A stretch of 62,050 nt of DNA from Macrostomum lignano (taxonomy: Eukaryota): NCBI GenBank assembly GCA_002269645.1, contig NIVC01003492.1, forward strand, positions 1 through 62,050. The letters are read 5' to 3'. Position numbers and translations under genes: made by a program. Below are positions 24,001 to 36,251 of the stretch, in pieces (the stretch's first letter is position 1; every line of letters begins with the position of its first letter). The notes under the pieces were generated by a model, which did no database searches, was not told the DNA's origin, and saw only the letters and a list, made by a program, of their open reading frames with translations.

Positions 24001-24365
24001 CTGGCACTTCGCAGCTGTTTCACAGCCTAACAGCGCTGCGCTTGAAGACCGGAGACGCCGTGGCGCAGCCTGTGGCGCCAGTCATGCGCGCCTTCATCGT
24101 GAATTGCTTCTCCTGCAGCCACTGCGGCCGCAACTTCGCCCGCGAATTGGCCGACCTGCCAGCCGAGCCAATGCCGGCCCGCCAGGAGCTGCTGTGGCTG
24201 TGGCGGCTGCACAACCGTGTGAACCACCGCCTGGCCGGCCGGCCGTCTGAAGACCCACAACACCCGAAGGTGCAGTTCCCACCTGCGGCGCTGTGCCCCC
24301 GGTGCGGCGACAGCGAGGATGCTGTGGTGGAGTTCCTGACGCGCTGGTATTCAGCAGCGATTTGA
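21095..24365 (+). CDS. QSOX: Quiescin sulfhydryl oxidase (thioredoxin + ERV/ALR domains), about 494 aa. Exons 21095..21395, 22894..23125, 23313..23913, 24015..24365
   Basis: Signal peptide, Trx motif SCGHC, GYPCGLWQ/LFHSLT across intron 3, ERV CxxC (CSHC), LWLWRLHNRVNHRLAGRPSEDPQHPKVQFPP. All three introns are GT-AG with matching phases (1, 2, 0). Confidence 0.9.
21841..22825. repeat. 55-nt minisatellite in QSOX intron 1, about 10 copies (21841..22401) plus a last unit (22760..22825) displaced by a SINE
   Basis: Unit CCCCAACCACAGTAGTGTGCCAATACCCATCGACTCCCAAGGGCACAAAGCAGGG is directly visible. Confidence 0.95.
22402..22759 (-). mobile_element. tRNA-derived SINE, about 358 nt, with a 13-bp target-site duplication
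   Basis: On the minus strand the 5' end has an A box (TAGCCCAGCGG) and a B-box-like GGCTCGATTCC, and the 3' end is CTCTAATAAAAA. GGGCCCCAACCAC flanks both sides (22389..22401 and 22760..22772). Confidence 0.78.
23154..23293. repeat. 41-nt tandem repeat, about 3.4 copies, filling most of QSOX intron 2
   Basis: GTGCTGAGTGCTGATGGCGGATTGCATCAGTGAGAGATGCC is repeated. Confidence 0.9.
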
Positions 24366-25349
24366 AGCTTGGCGGCCCTCGAACTGTTGGCGCCAGACCT
24401 GGGTGTTTGACTAGCAATGAGATACTCGTATTAGACTCGTATTTTTAAAACCACGCTACACAACACTCCAACACATTTGATCTGGCAGACCATAAACTGC
24501 AGTTTATTAATCGAATTTGGACTCCGGGACCCGAACTATTTCTGATTGGATAGGATAGACACCATCCTATGTTCTCAAATGTTTTCCTCAATGTACCGAA
24601 TAGGATGATGTGGTGCGCAACTAATTTTCTCTGTATTTTTGGTTTCAGATTTTCAGTTATCAAATTTATTTTTGCTCCTGTGCTTTCTCGGCCTTCAAAT
24701 TTCCTGCCGGGGCAGTTTTAACGAACTCCAACGGTTACGGTGCTGGACAGTTCTACAACGCTTATCCGTCACAATGTCTATGGTAGGAGGTGTGCCAGTC
24801 AGCGAATCCCAATATCTTTGATTTTCTCACAATTTACTTACCACCGAAGTCTTCCTCAGCAGATTTTATTTTTAAAGGCCACTCGATTTACTAAATTTCC
24901 ATTTAGTTGAGACAGCTATTTGGCTTGCCTTGAGCCTCACAACAAATATATAACAAATGTTTGAATACTTCCTCCACGTGGCACGAACGGCATTAGCGCA
25001 ATTAAATTATTCGCTGGAATACAAGCAGTTTTACAATACGGGGCTTTTTTTACAATACTTATTTTGAGTCAAAATTGTTCAATTAAGTCTTTACGATCGA
25101 GTATCCTCCAATTTTTATTGCTTAAACATTTCAGCAGACTTCTGCTTGACAGCCGGATGAAAGCTGTTGAAAGCTAAGAGCTTTGTAAATACAACAGATC
25201 AGTTTACTGCAAAAGATATTGAAACGTGGAGAAAAAGAACGGGAGAGTGACAAAATTTTTGTCACTGTACAATGAGTAAATTTAGTAAATTCTTTGCAAC
25301 TTAGTGTCTCCCTCCGGCATTAGCCTAAAATATTGCGAGTGGTTAAAGG

Positions 25350-27659
25350 TCACATCCCGAGCAGACTAAACCTAGCCTTGAAGTTCTGGTCTCCAGTGTG
25401 GTACGGGTACCAGAATATGTAGTTCGTGATCCACACGTTGTTGTAGATGTTAAAGCTGACACCGTCGACCCGAGTCAGCCGGTCGAGGTACGGGAACACG
25501 CTGGCCTCCTGGAAGCGGCTGAACGGGCAAGCCAACGGAACGTCCTTCGACTGCACGACCAGTACTTTCTTAGAGGCGCCCATCTCGCAGGAGAAAACCG
25601 CGTGCTCGTTGATTGCGTGCTGCAGGATGGAGCCGCCGTAGGTCACTCGCATCGGGTCGACGTACCCGTCTACCTTGTTCAGCAGCCACCGACACGACGC
25701 GTTTGGAGCGTCGGCCATGTCAGCAGAAGCTCGGAACTCGACGAACAGGCCCTCCTCAATCCGAGTGGACGTCTTGTTCCACACGAGCACGTCGACGTCG
25801 ATGCCGCTGGAGAAGTTGTAGGTGAGGAAGACCTTCTGCGGAGCGCCGTAGTCGCTGACGGCGAGCGAGTCCTCCGGTGCAACGACGATCACGAAGCTGC
25901 TGTTGTCCGGCTTGCGGTAAAAATCGGTGGCGAGCATACGCCACTCGAGACTGAGCGGGTTCGCGTTGGCCGTGATGTTCGGCTTTCCGTAGCCTGGGTT
26001 TCCGTAGCTCCGCAGCAGCTTGTTGTCGTCCAGCTCATCGTACGAGCGGTATACAAACTTTGCAAGCCGGCCTCGCTGATTCGCAAAGCTCTGGCCCCGT
26101 TGATTTGCAGGTGGTCAATCGAACCATCGGAAAAGAAGCTGAATCGATAGTAGCCATACTCGAATATCGTGTCGGGCTGAAGACTCTGCTTCACGTATCC
26201 CGTCATGTCAGGCAGAGTCGGAGTGAGCTGACTCATCTCCTGAGCCATGTAGCTGCTGAGAGGGTGTCCCTTCGCTGCCTGTACTGCCAGAGTGTTAAAC
26301 ATGCGCTGCTCGAGCCACGCGTTCTCATTCTGCACGTAAGCCGATCCGCTCCTAGCCTTGTTGAAGTCCACATTCCTGTAGTTGTTCTGATCCGGCTGTG
26401 ACGGCAAACCCCAGGTGTGCTCAGGTGGCTTGATCATGTACCGAACAGCGTCCTGGACCTTTGATTTGATAATTTGACACCGAGTTATTGATTTGTGATG
26501 TTAACTCGTTTTCATTATAGCTCCTCTAAGGAGTGTTGGTCTTAAATAGAACTTCAAAAGCTTTACTCACCTGCGGGTCGTTCCCGCTACAGGCTCCGTC
26601 ACTGCGACATCTCGTGAATGCGCGACTCAATGCTCGGTACTCCGCCATCTTGCGAGGATCCGACGCGATTCCTTGGATCCAAGTGTCACCGATTTCCGTC
26701 CGCACTACCTGCATGAGACTCTGGTAGGGCAGAATGGCCTGTACGAAGTCCTCCAGCGTCGATGCAATCACCTCTGCTCCATTGAACTGATCTCTCAGTA
26801 TCTCGTATGAGTTGAGTACTTCCGCAACACTCTGAGGAGGTCCCTGGTTGTCAGTTCTAAACGAGAAGCAGAGAATCTCCGGTACTCCGCTCACCATGCT
26901 GCAGTCCTTGACGCTGATGCCGCCCGGATTCGCTGGACTGTCTCCCGGGTCGTTGGGATAACCTCCCGGGTGCCAAATACCGACGATCGATTCTTGACTC
27001 AACTCGTCCAACCACACGAATGGTTCCCTTGTGACTTCTGGAGGATACGAGGCTGGGTTGACTCCAACAGACACGGCCACGATATTGTTCTTCTTCAACA
27101 CTGGAATCGCCGCACTCGTCATTCCTGGAACATCGCGCTGACTGAGAACTCGTATCTTCTTCTCTGGCTGGAACTTCTCGTCGAGTCGTCTGCTGATGTT
27201 GAGTGAGGCCTCTAGCAGGGCTCCGTTCATGTTCTCAATCTGCATGTTCATTGGTCCAGCGTGCCACACAACGTCTCCCAGCGTGAGCGCGTCCTTCATC
27301 GCCTCCAGGTCAGTAGAGTTTGGACACTGCAGCTGGATGCCGTTAAGAGTGAGGTCAGGACAGTTCAGGTACATGTCCAAGAGCCACGGATGGGTGGTGT
27401 ACCGGAATCTCTCTCTGAATCCTCCCTCTCTTATCTGCTTTACCAGACTGAGTGCCTGCGGAAAGTGCACATGGAAGTATCTATTCAGAACATTGTTAAT
27501 GTAGCCGGTGTCTGGAATTCCGTTGTACCCGACGTCCAGGTGGTTCATGAAGATCACATGCACTCTTTCCTTTCTCAATGCTCCATTTGCAGTTGCAGTA
27601 CAGAACAAAAGCATTATTAGTAGCAGCATAATTCGTGTAGAATTTACTTTTACCTGCAT
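25350..27659 (-). CDS. Secreted glycoside hydrolase, GH38 N-terminal-like / DUF5054-like. Exons 27659..26571 and 26458..25350, with an apparent 1-nt frameshift at about 26095-26098
   Basis: Signal peptide, metal-binding VHVIFMNHLDVGY, EIGDTWIQG, KPPEHTWG and C-terminal FNIYNNVWITNYIFWYP. A 112-nt GT-AG intron is in phase 0. The reading frame switches at a G4 run. Confidence 0.75.
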
Positions 27660-28249
27660 CTTGATTGCGAATTGCTTCTCTAGTTGGAATGAAAAACTAG
27701 ACCAGCTAATTTCTACTTCTTCAGCGCTTTGTGTGCAGCTCTAATTTATCAAATACTTTCAGCTGGTGGCTTCTTATCGCATACAGTCAGAGGTCAGGCT
27801 TAATTTATGTTAAACTGGCTTGCCACAGCCTCGAATGTACGCTCAGAAACCAGTCCAGTTTGGTCCGGCTGCGCCTGTTTGGCCAGCGGAGCTTCAGTGC
27901 GAACACCCAGCGTGCTGGGAGAGATACGGGTGTAAAGAGCCTGATCGAAAAGGCTCAGATATAGGTAGGTAGTCGTTCTGCCTCTGCGTTCTGAGGTTGA
28001 AGCTAGCTAGCTTACTGATATTTGGATAAATTTGAAACCGTCCAGGCCACCTATTTATATCCATGATACATGCGTCATGTTTATAATTGGCTTCTACGAA
28101 AAGGCAAGAATTTACAGTAAAGTATTTTTATCTAGCTTGCTTAAGGCATTCATTCTACCTCTGAACCCCTGAACTTAATTTTCTCTCAAGTTGCAGAGCT
28201 ATAGCTAGGGCTGTCTGATTTTCACACATACATGTATCTCCAGGACAGT

Positions 28250-29848
28250 CCTAGCGGCGCAGGATGCCTCCATAGCGATAATTGAATTCAAGCATTGCAG
28301 CAACTTCCTGTCATGGCATAGTTAATCAGCCAGTACCCATGCAAACGTTGCCTGGCAAAACAGACATGACCCGCGAGGGCCATGGTCACCGCCCTGATGT
28401 CCCTGCGTTTGAGTCCAAGCAGGGCCCTGCGCAGGGCGGAGGAAGGACAGAGGACAGCCGCGCGGGATTGCCGGCAGTCGGGGGCATTAGCCCACCTCTC
28501 CCTGTGCTTAGAAGCCACCCACTGGTTGATCCGAGTGGTGACAACGGCGGTGGGGGTGGGGGCCACCGGCAGGGGATCAGTAAAAGAACCGGTCGAGCCA
28601 GCCTTGGACAGGCAATCGGCCAACTCGTTGCCGGGGTGGCCCGAGTGCCCAGGGATCCACCTTAGTACTTAGACACCTTGTTAGAGACGCTTAAGCGGTT
28701 GAGCTGCCCGATACAGTCGAGGACTGTACGCGAGCAGGTGGTAGTGTGCTCAAGGGCGTGGATCGCCGCTTGACTGTCCGAGTGGAGGATGATCTCCTTC
28801 CCCTAGACGCGTTGATTATACAGCTCAATGGCGCAGGAGCTGATGGCGAGAACTTCGTTCTGGAAAACGATGGAGCAGGTGCCGGTGTGCAGGGAGAAGG
28901 TCGCCACGATTCTCCTTCCAGACACGATGAAGTAACCGTAGCCAGAGGCGGAGTTGATTTGGGACCCGTCAGTGAAGCAGTGGATTTCACGGGATTTCCA
29001 GTTGTCCCTTGCTTCATGACGTGGTGGAATGCTGGTTTTGAATTTGAGCGGAGGGCAGAGCGTGGACGGGATTCCGTATGAGAGGGTCAGCAGGTCTCCC
29101 GCTGCTTCCAGGTCTCGCAGGCTAAGGTCGCCGCGGAGGTTCCGCTTTTTGAAGGCGAACTGCTTCTGGATGGGGACATCTGCGTCAAGCAGACGGCGGA
29201 TGGTCTTCATTGCCTCCCCTCTGACAAAGAGGTCAAGAGGGAAATGTCAAGGAAGGAGCTCATGCCAGCAAAGGGTATAGAGGGAGCCGCGCTTATGATA
29301 GCTCTACAAGCGCGGCCTTGCACCCTGTTGAAAGCATCGAGAACCCCTTTCACCTCTAGGGCCAGCGAATGAAGCCGGCGAAGGAGATGGCCGGTCTCAC
29401 GATGGCTGTGTAAATCCACCAGAGGCGGCGGGGTGAGGCCCCAGGTAGCGCCGAAAGCTCTGCGGATCTGTGCTAGAGTCGCAAGAGCTTTGCGGGCTTT
29501 GGTTTGACCGTGTGGGGTCCAGCTCAACCTGTGGTCGAGGGTGTCGCCCAGACATCTGGTTTGTTTCTCCATGGCAACGGTTTGCCATAGAAGGAGAGCG
29601 GTTTGATCCTCCAGTTTCGGCGGCTGGCGAACATGATAGCCACGGTTTTAGACTCAGAGAACCTGAGACCCAGCGCTCGGCACGGTGGATGAATTGACTT
29701 GGAGGAGGTCTCTGAGGACCGCGGGTGATGGTCCAGCCACAGTGGGGGTAAAATCATCCATCCCTATAGCCGACCTTTGAACCGGGTCCGGATGTGGGCT
29801 GCAGAGTAACTCATCCACGACCAATTCCATAGAATCGGGCTGAGGACT
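28250..29848 (-). pseudogene. 3' part of a decayed non-LTR retrotransposon with RNase H (Loa/R1-like): RT C-terminus plus RNase H
   Basis: Broken-frame remnants: VLSPILWN..VDELL, VAGPSPAVLRDLLQ, LGDTLDHRLSW, FGATWGLTP, RNase H FTDGSQ, NEVLAI and [21 protein letters not shown]. Confidence 0.8.
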
Positions 29849-31100
29849 TCATCTTGCGGTCCACCTTTCTGGACCTCCACAGAGCGGGAGTGTCCCAGGA
29901 GGTGCGAGATGGCAGTCCGATGGGAGACCATGTACATGATCCAGCTGGTGAGGTGCTCGTGCGTGTCTCTGCCGCTGGGCCCGATGCCAGAGGGCGCGTG
30001 GCCTGGTCCGCCATCAACGCTCTGACGGGGCGAAAGCGGCGCAATCCGCTGAACCTGGCTGGTGACACTCCGGATGAGCGCAGGAACGAGCTGCGCGAGT
30101 TCTTCGCCGCCATCGTCAACGCGCCGCCACGCCCGCTGCCAGACAGTCTGACACTGCCGCCGGAGACGCCGTTGCGGGCAGAGGAGAGTTTCAGCGTAGC
30201 CCCAGTCAACGCAGCCAACGTTGTCAAGCTCGCCCAGCAGTCACCGGGCGGGAAAGCGCTGGGACCGGACGAGGTGCCCATCGAGGCGCTGCGCATCCCC
30301 TGTGTGGCCGCTGAGGTCGCCAGAGTGATGAACCGCGTGCTCTTCGGTGAGGCGGCGCCCAACGAATAGACCACGGCGCACATCGTCGCTGTTCCAAAGA
30401 AGCCGGGCACCACTAGGCTTGAAGACCATCGAGCCATCTGCCTTCAGTCCTGTGCAGCGAAGCTGTTCAACCGGATGCTGCTTTCGCGGTTGCAGCCCGT
30501 GCTGGATCCGTACCTGCGTCCAGAGCAGAACGGGTTCCGGCCCCATCGCGGCACAGTGGCGCAGATCCTGGCTCTTCGACGAGCCATCGAAGAGGCGCGG
30601 ATTCGCCAGTCGATCCTGATTCTAATCTTTATTGATTTCAAGAAGGCATTCGACTCGGTTGTCAGAGCCGTGCTTCCAATGGTGCTCCGCGCGTACAACG
30701 TGCCTGAGCAGCTGATCTCCGCCATCATGGCGATGTACCGTGATACGACAGCTGCTGTGACGGCCTATCGGACTCCTTTGAGACATCCTCCGGAGTGCTT
30801 CAGGGAGATACGCTGGCGCCGTTCCTGTTCGTCCTGGTGCTTGACTGGGTGCTGCGGACTGCTCTTCCTACCGACGACGACGGCTTTCTGCTGCGGCGAC
30901 GCGTGGGTCGACGTCAACCGGAGAAGCGGCTCAGCGTGCTTGGCTACGCCGACGACCTCGCCCTGCTGTCCTCGACCGTCGAGGGCGCCCAACGGCAGCT
31001 GGACAGGCTAGTTGCCGTTGCGGCGAGCGTCGGCCTGGTGGTCAACACGCAGAAGATCGTTGTGCTCTGCGTTCCGGACGACATTGAGGCTGCTATTCTA
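29849..31100 (+). mobile_element. Fragment of a second, oppositely oriented LINE reverse transcriptase (RTE-like), decayed
   Basis: KALGPDEVP, EQNGFRPHRGT, FIDFKKAFDSV, LQGDTLAPFLF and GYADD motifs; premature TAG at 30367 and a frameshift near 30770. Confidence 0.85.
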
Positions 31101-31389
31101 ATGACGAGAGAGCTTTCCTGGTTCGAGGCGAGACCTGACCCGCGCGGTTGCGGGCTGCCTTTCTCTGTGCGGGCAGTCCTGGTCCACCGGACGGACGGCT
31201 GTTCCTGGTTCCCGCTCGCCGTGGACGCTGCGACTGAAGCAAGGATGTGGCCTGCGCTCTGCGTCGAGCGGCATCTGTGGTGCGATCTACTGTCGCTCGC
31301 GACCCAGCTCGCACCGCGCAGAGTCGTAGCCACAGCCGGAGGAGGTGCTGATGCAGAACCGGCGAGGTCAGCGCTACAAATCGCGAGAC

Positions 31390-33350
31390 CTGCGTTTGAT
31401 TATGGACTGAATGACACAGAGGTCTCTCTGCGGTCCGGTCTGTGCAAGCTTTGAGATAGATGGGTAGACACGAAAATGGCTGCTCTGGGGTTTGGGGGTC
31501 CTGAAAAGTCAAAACCAGCAGGAATTTCGGAATCTACCTCTCGTCCAGCTGCTGGCAGTATGCCCGGGCGAGTTTGCCCGTCGGTTGGTCGAGGCTCCGA
31601 TGCAGTTGTGCAGGAACCAGTATTTCCACTCCGGCGCCACGAGTGTTCGTGCAGCTCCTGCGGCCAAGGGGAGTGTGCCGAGGAGCTGTCTCTTCTGCTC
31701 ACCGAGGCACCGACTCCAGTTCCATGGACGGAGGTCATGGCTTGAAGGCTCGGCCCGGTCTTCCTGGGGGCCGCAGTGGTGACACTGGGCTGGGGGTTGT
31801 TGCGGTTGTTAGCCTTGGCAGTGTCCAGCCGCTGTTTCGTGCACTGAGTCAAATCAGAGTGGATAGTGTTCTGGGCGGGTTTACGGCCCTTTCCATGTCC
31901 GCCTGTTGCTGCAGCTTTTGCGGCTTTCACGGGGTCCACGTCCTCAGAGGGATCGTGACGAACGGGAGCTTCTTTTCCTGGGCGTCCCCCCCCGGCAGAG
32001 CTCCCACTCGCCACTCCCACTCGATTGATCTCCGGGGGCGGTGGGCGGGTGGCGTCAGACTCAAAACTGAAGATTTGAATCTGCATCAGCCCGACAGAGA
32101 TGAGGGACATGTCCGGATAGCGGAGCATCCAACTATCTGACAGTCAAAGAATAGCCGTGAAACCGTCTCCGCCCGGCTTGGAGATGGTCTCGTGAACTAA
32201 GCCTCGTACGACGCCATTGGCCGGCAGCTCCGGATTGGTAGCCACTAGCAGGCGACGCAGCTCATCGGCCTTGGGGATGGAGCTGCGAGCCGGAATCCAG
32301 GCACGGTGCCGGTGTGTCCGGGGTCGCTCGTCCTCCATGTAGATAAACAGGTTTTCCAGCTCCGTACCCCAGTCGAAGGCCAGCAATCGAGAAACTCCCT
32401 GGCTAAGAGCCCGGCTTGGAGAACCCAGAGGCCAAACCAAAGGACCATCAGCGCGTTGCTACACTGGGCCCTTGAGGGGACAAGAGGCTGTCCCCGGAGC
32501 CTGCGGACTGGCCGCATACCCGCATACCCTGTTAAGGTCAGAGGGTGATACTTGCTCCTCAGAGCCGTGGTCAGAGGTACCTGATACGCACAGGTTCACT
32601 TCCGGGCCGAGCCAGTACCCAAAGCTGCCAAGACAGAAGCCAAGGCCACGGATGGCTTGCCGCCGCAGGAGCCCAGTCAGTCCAGCAGCCCTGAAGCTGC
32701 CTTGAACACATGCGAGACGCGAACCCCTGGGTCGGCTTGTGAGTCAGCTTGGAGAGTTCCCCTACCATTCCTGCACCAGAATAGAGGGGTGCAGTTGTGT
32801 AGGATCGCAGGCCTTAGCTCGCAAGCCTGGTTTGTCTCATGCTACACAGGTGTGCTGAGCCCAACATTACATGCCAGGCTCCTGGTTGCAGATCGCCAGC
32901 CCTGATTGATTCGGTAGCTGTGTGTCCGCCCTGCCTGTTGCCTTTGGCGCTGTTGGGAGTCGCCCCTTATGAGCAGGCGTTCTTACTCTAGAATTCCCCC
33001 ATTCTTACTCTACCGAAGCAGGGGCTCCATCCAGACGTTCGGGAGCATTTGAGCATGGGGGCGGGGTGTAACGGCCTATAGGGGACTGGGGGATTGGGGA
33101 CTCTGCTTAGCTGTTTAGGGCTGATCAGTCGGGCTCCTGTTGCACAGACCAGATGACTTCTCAGCAGGAGGTCCATTGTGGCCGTGATCTGCGAGAAAGC
33201 TGACATACCAGAGTATTAACAGTAGCATGAGGCAACATGTGCTCAATGGTTTCTAGATATTCAGACAGCGAAGGGTTTAAATACCGGTTTGAAACACTTC
33301 CGGTCTCAACACACAGACTGCGGTTCCATCACACACTGACTGGGCCTCTG
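31390..33350 (-). mobile_element. Probable 5' part (ORF1 and start of APE endonuclease) of the same Loa/R1-like LINE
   Basis: ORF1-like RAWIP..DELRRLLVATNPEL; APE-like LHNCIGAST and PRAAI remnants; same strand as and colinear with the RT/RNase H part. Boundaries are approximate. Confidence 0.5.
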
Positions 33351-33369
33351 AGCTCACAGCCTTGTGCAG

Positions 33370-33482
33370 CTTTCCTATGCTTCTCTATGCTTCCCTATGC
33401 TTTCCTATGCTTCTCTATGCTTTTCTATTCTTCCCTATACTTCCCTATGCTTCTCTATGCTTCCCTATTCTTCCCTATGCCT
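33370..33482. repeat. Degenerate 10-nt repeat (CTTCCCTATG/CTTCTCTATG)
   Basis: Directly visible. Confidence 0.85.
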
Positions 33483-33952
33483 TCAAAGGTAGCCCTCTAA
33501 GAACAGAATGTTCGCAAAGATAAAAAGCGCCTTGATACGAGGCCTTGAGAGTTGGTCTCTGCCCACTTGCGTCGGCTGATAGGGGGGGGGGGGGTAGATA
33601 TGCCAGCAAGCTTGTCTATTGGACTTTGCGAAGCTCAAGACTTTAAGCCCGTGGGTCAAGCCAGCTGGCACAAAGCGGTCTCCCGCTAAGCTGATAATTG
33701 CCGTGAGCGATTGCAGCACCCACTGACGCCTGCACACTGGCTGCCTGCCTGCCAACGTGCCCTGTATCAGCTGGAGCTCGGTGGTGCTGGCTGCAGGCTG
33801 GGGGGGGGGGAGGCGGGTGAAAGTCTCCGAGAGCATGTCGTCCACTCAAGGTTTTGCCCAGCTTGCCTGAAGATAAGGGACAGATAAAAGTTTAAGGCAA
33901 GCAGAGCTTCGATCGGGTTTCTATCTAGCTGGCAATTGCTGCACAGCGAACC

Positions 33953-34998
33953 ATGGCAGAGATCAACTACCAGACGATGGACATTCCGCCGGAGGTGCCG
34001 AGTTCTCGCTCCGCCTACCGTCGGTTTCTGGCCGGATTCGCTGGGGCAGGTGAGCGCAGACAAGGATCTTTATTCTCATCTTTGCCTGACACAACACAAC
34101 TCAAAGGGATCTACTATCAAAGTATGTGACGGATATGCACACTTCATGCAAGAGTTTTCCAACAGAGTCATACCAGTTTTTGTTAAAGTCTTCTCCTTCG
34201 CCCCTGCAGGCGATCGGACTGGTCATGATGACCCTGCTGGGTGTCTTTCTGTACAGCTTCGGCAAGAGCGGCTTTGCCTGGGACAAGGAGCACGTGTTCA
34301 AGTTCCACCCGCTGTTCATGACCACTGCGCTCGTGCATCTCAACAGCAAAGGTGAGGGGAGACGGCAGCTGCCTCAGTCGGTACTCTTAGCCGAGTGACC
34401 AAGTGACTGCGGTAGTGATTGGCTCAGGGACAACTGCATTCAGAAAAGGAAACCATTCTTGGTCAATAAAAGGCATGAAAAAAATGAACAACCAGGTGTG
34501 GCTCCAAGGTCAGTCGAACCAGTTTGTTATTTCAGAACTGCTCCGACGTCATAGTGGAAGCATTTAGGAAATCTCGTTGCAGTGTTTTTAGACTCGTTAG
34601 AGTGCACTGTGATGCTAAAAAAACGGCCACACCAATGCCAGGAATGCTTCTGTACCGCCTGATGCGAAACCGTCCCAAACTGCCCGTGAAGATCGCCCAC
34701 GCCTGCTTCAACCTGATGTCCTTCAGCATGACCATCGCTGGCCTGGTCGCGCGTCATCCAGCACAAAAATGACCTTCTTCACGCGCACTTCTTCAGCCTG
34801 CACTCCTGGCTGGGCATCGGCACCATCGCCCTGTTCGGCCTCCAGTGGCTCGCCGGCTTCCTTGTCTTCCTGTACCCCGGCGGCTCCCCGCCCATCAGGG
34901 CCATCGTGCTGCGCCTGCACCGCTTCTGCGGGGCCGTCATACTGGGGCTGGCCTGCATGACTGTGCTCACCGGCGCTGTCACATTGGCTGGGGGCATG
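33953..34998 (+). CDS. Cytochrome b561 (DCYTB/CYB561A3-like), copy 1. Exons 33953..34049, 34210..34351 and 34642..about 34998; two apparent 1-nt insertions; last exon not included in this copy
   Basis: FKFHPLFM, KIAHACFN, HAHFFSLHSWLG, LFGLQWLAGF..YPG and LHRFCG provide the four heme-ligand His. Extra G at about 34043-46 and about 34751. Confidence 0.8.
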
Positions 34999-35873
34999 TG
35001 AGTGATACTGTGCCTGTGCTCACCGGGGCTGTCACATTGGCTGGGGACATGTGAGTGATACTGTGCGCCTGTGCTCACCGGCGCTGTCACATTGGCTGGG
35101 GGCATGTGAGTGATACTGTGCCTGTGCTCACCGGGGCTGTCACATTGGATGGGGGCATGTGAGTGATACTGTGCCTGTGCTCACCGGCACTGTCACATTG
35201 GCTGGGGGCATGTGAGTGATACTGTGCCTGTGCTCACCGGAGCTGTCACATTGGATGGGGGCATGTGAGTGATACTGTGCCTGTGCTCACCGGCACTGTC
35301 ACATTGGCTGGGGGCATGTGAGTGTATACTGTGCCTGTGCTCACCGGGGCTGTCACATTGGCTGGGGGCATGTGAGTGATACTGTGCCTGTGCTCAACGG
35401 TACTGTCACATTGGCTGGGGGCATGTGAGTGATACTGTGCCTGTGCTCACCGGCACTGTCACATTGGCTGGGGGCATGTGAGTGATACTGTGCCTGTGCT
35501 CACCGGCACTGTCACATTGGCTGGGGGCATGTGAGTGATACTGTGCCTGTGCTCACCGGCACTGTCACATTGGCTGGGGGCATGTGAGTGATACTGTGCC
35601 TGTGCTCACCGGCACTGTCACATTGGCTGGGGGCATGTGAGTGATACTGTGCCTGTGCTCACCGGCGCTGTCACATTGGCTGGGGGCATGTGAGTGATAC
35701 TGTGCCTGTGCTCACCGGCGCTGTCACATTGGCTGGGGGCATGTGAGTGATACTGTGCCTGTGCTCACCGGCGCTGTCACATTGGCTGGGGGCATGTGAG
35801 TGATACTGTGCCTGTGCTCACCGGCGCTGTCACATTGGCTGGGGGCATGTGAGTGATACTGTGCCTGTGCTCC
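34961..35873 (+). repeat. 53-nt minisatellite, about 17 copies, starting inside cytochrome b561 exon 3, each unit carrying GTGAGT
   Basis: Unit CTGTGCTCACCGGCGCTGTCACATTGGCTGGGGGCATGTGAGTGATACTGTGC. Confidence 0.95.
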
Positions 35874-36251
35874 CGGTTCCATCTCTAATTCTCTTTGTTC
35901 GCTTTCGCAAGCCTAAAAATGCTCAAAGGTGCCTCTAGTTGGAAATTCCAACTGCTTCGAGCTGATAGCGTGGCGCCAGATACACAAGCTTGTCTATTGG
36001 CTCAAGCTCAAACTTTAAGCCCGTGTCAAGCCAGCTGCACAAAGCGGTCTCCTGCTGATAATTGCGGTGGGGATTGCAGCCCCAGTGACGCCTAAACACT
36101 GGACCTGCAGTATTCGCAGTAGCTGCTGAAAGTCTCCGAGGCATTGCCTCACAATGAAAGTTTTACCAGATTGGAAATTTAAGGGACCAGAGTAAAAGGA
36201 AGCAACTTCGTCGGGTTTCTGGCGAATTGCTCACCGAACAATGACCAGACG

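Noticed and set aside
23954-24250. ORF reading AWTLWHFAAV, tempting as the QSOX continuation and implying a frameshift
   Set aside because: The real acceptor is TTCGCAG at 24014, which gives WQ/LFHSLT in frame; no frameshift is needed.
1078-27659. A functional glycan cluster (methyltransferases, discoidin protein, QSOX, glycosidase)
   Set aside because: All are secretory-pathway proteins, but mixed orientation, an intervening ion channel and no synteny data leave chance adjacency unexcluded.
33586-33815. Long G homopolymers (G13-G14 here, G11 at about 5857)
   Set aside because: Isolated runs in indel-rich sequence; length is unreliable and no function can be inferred.
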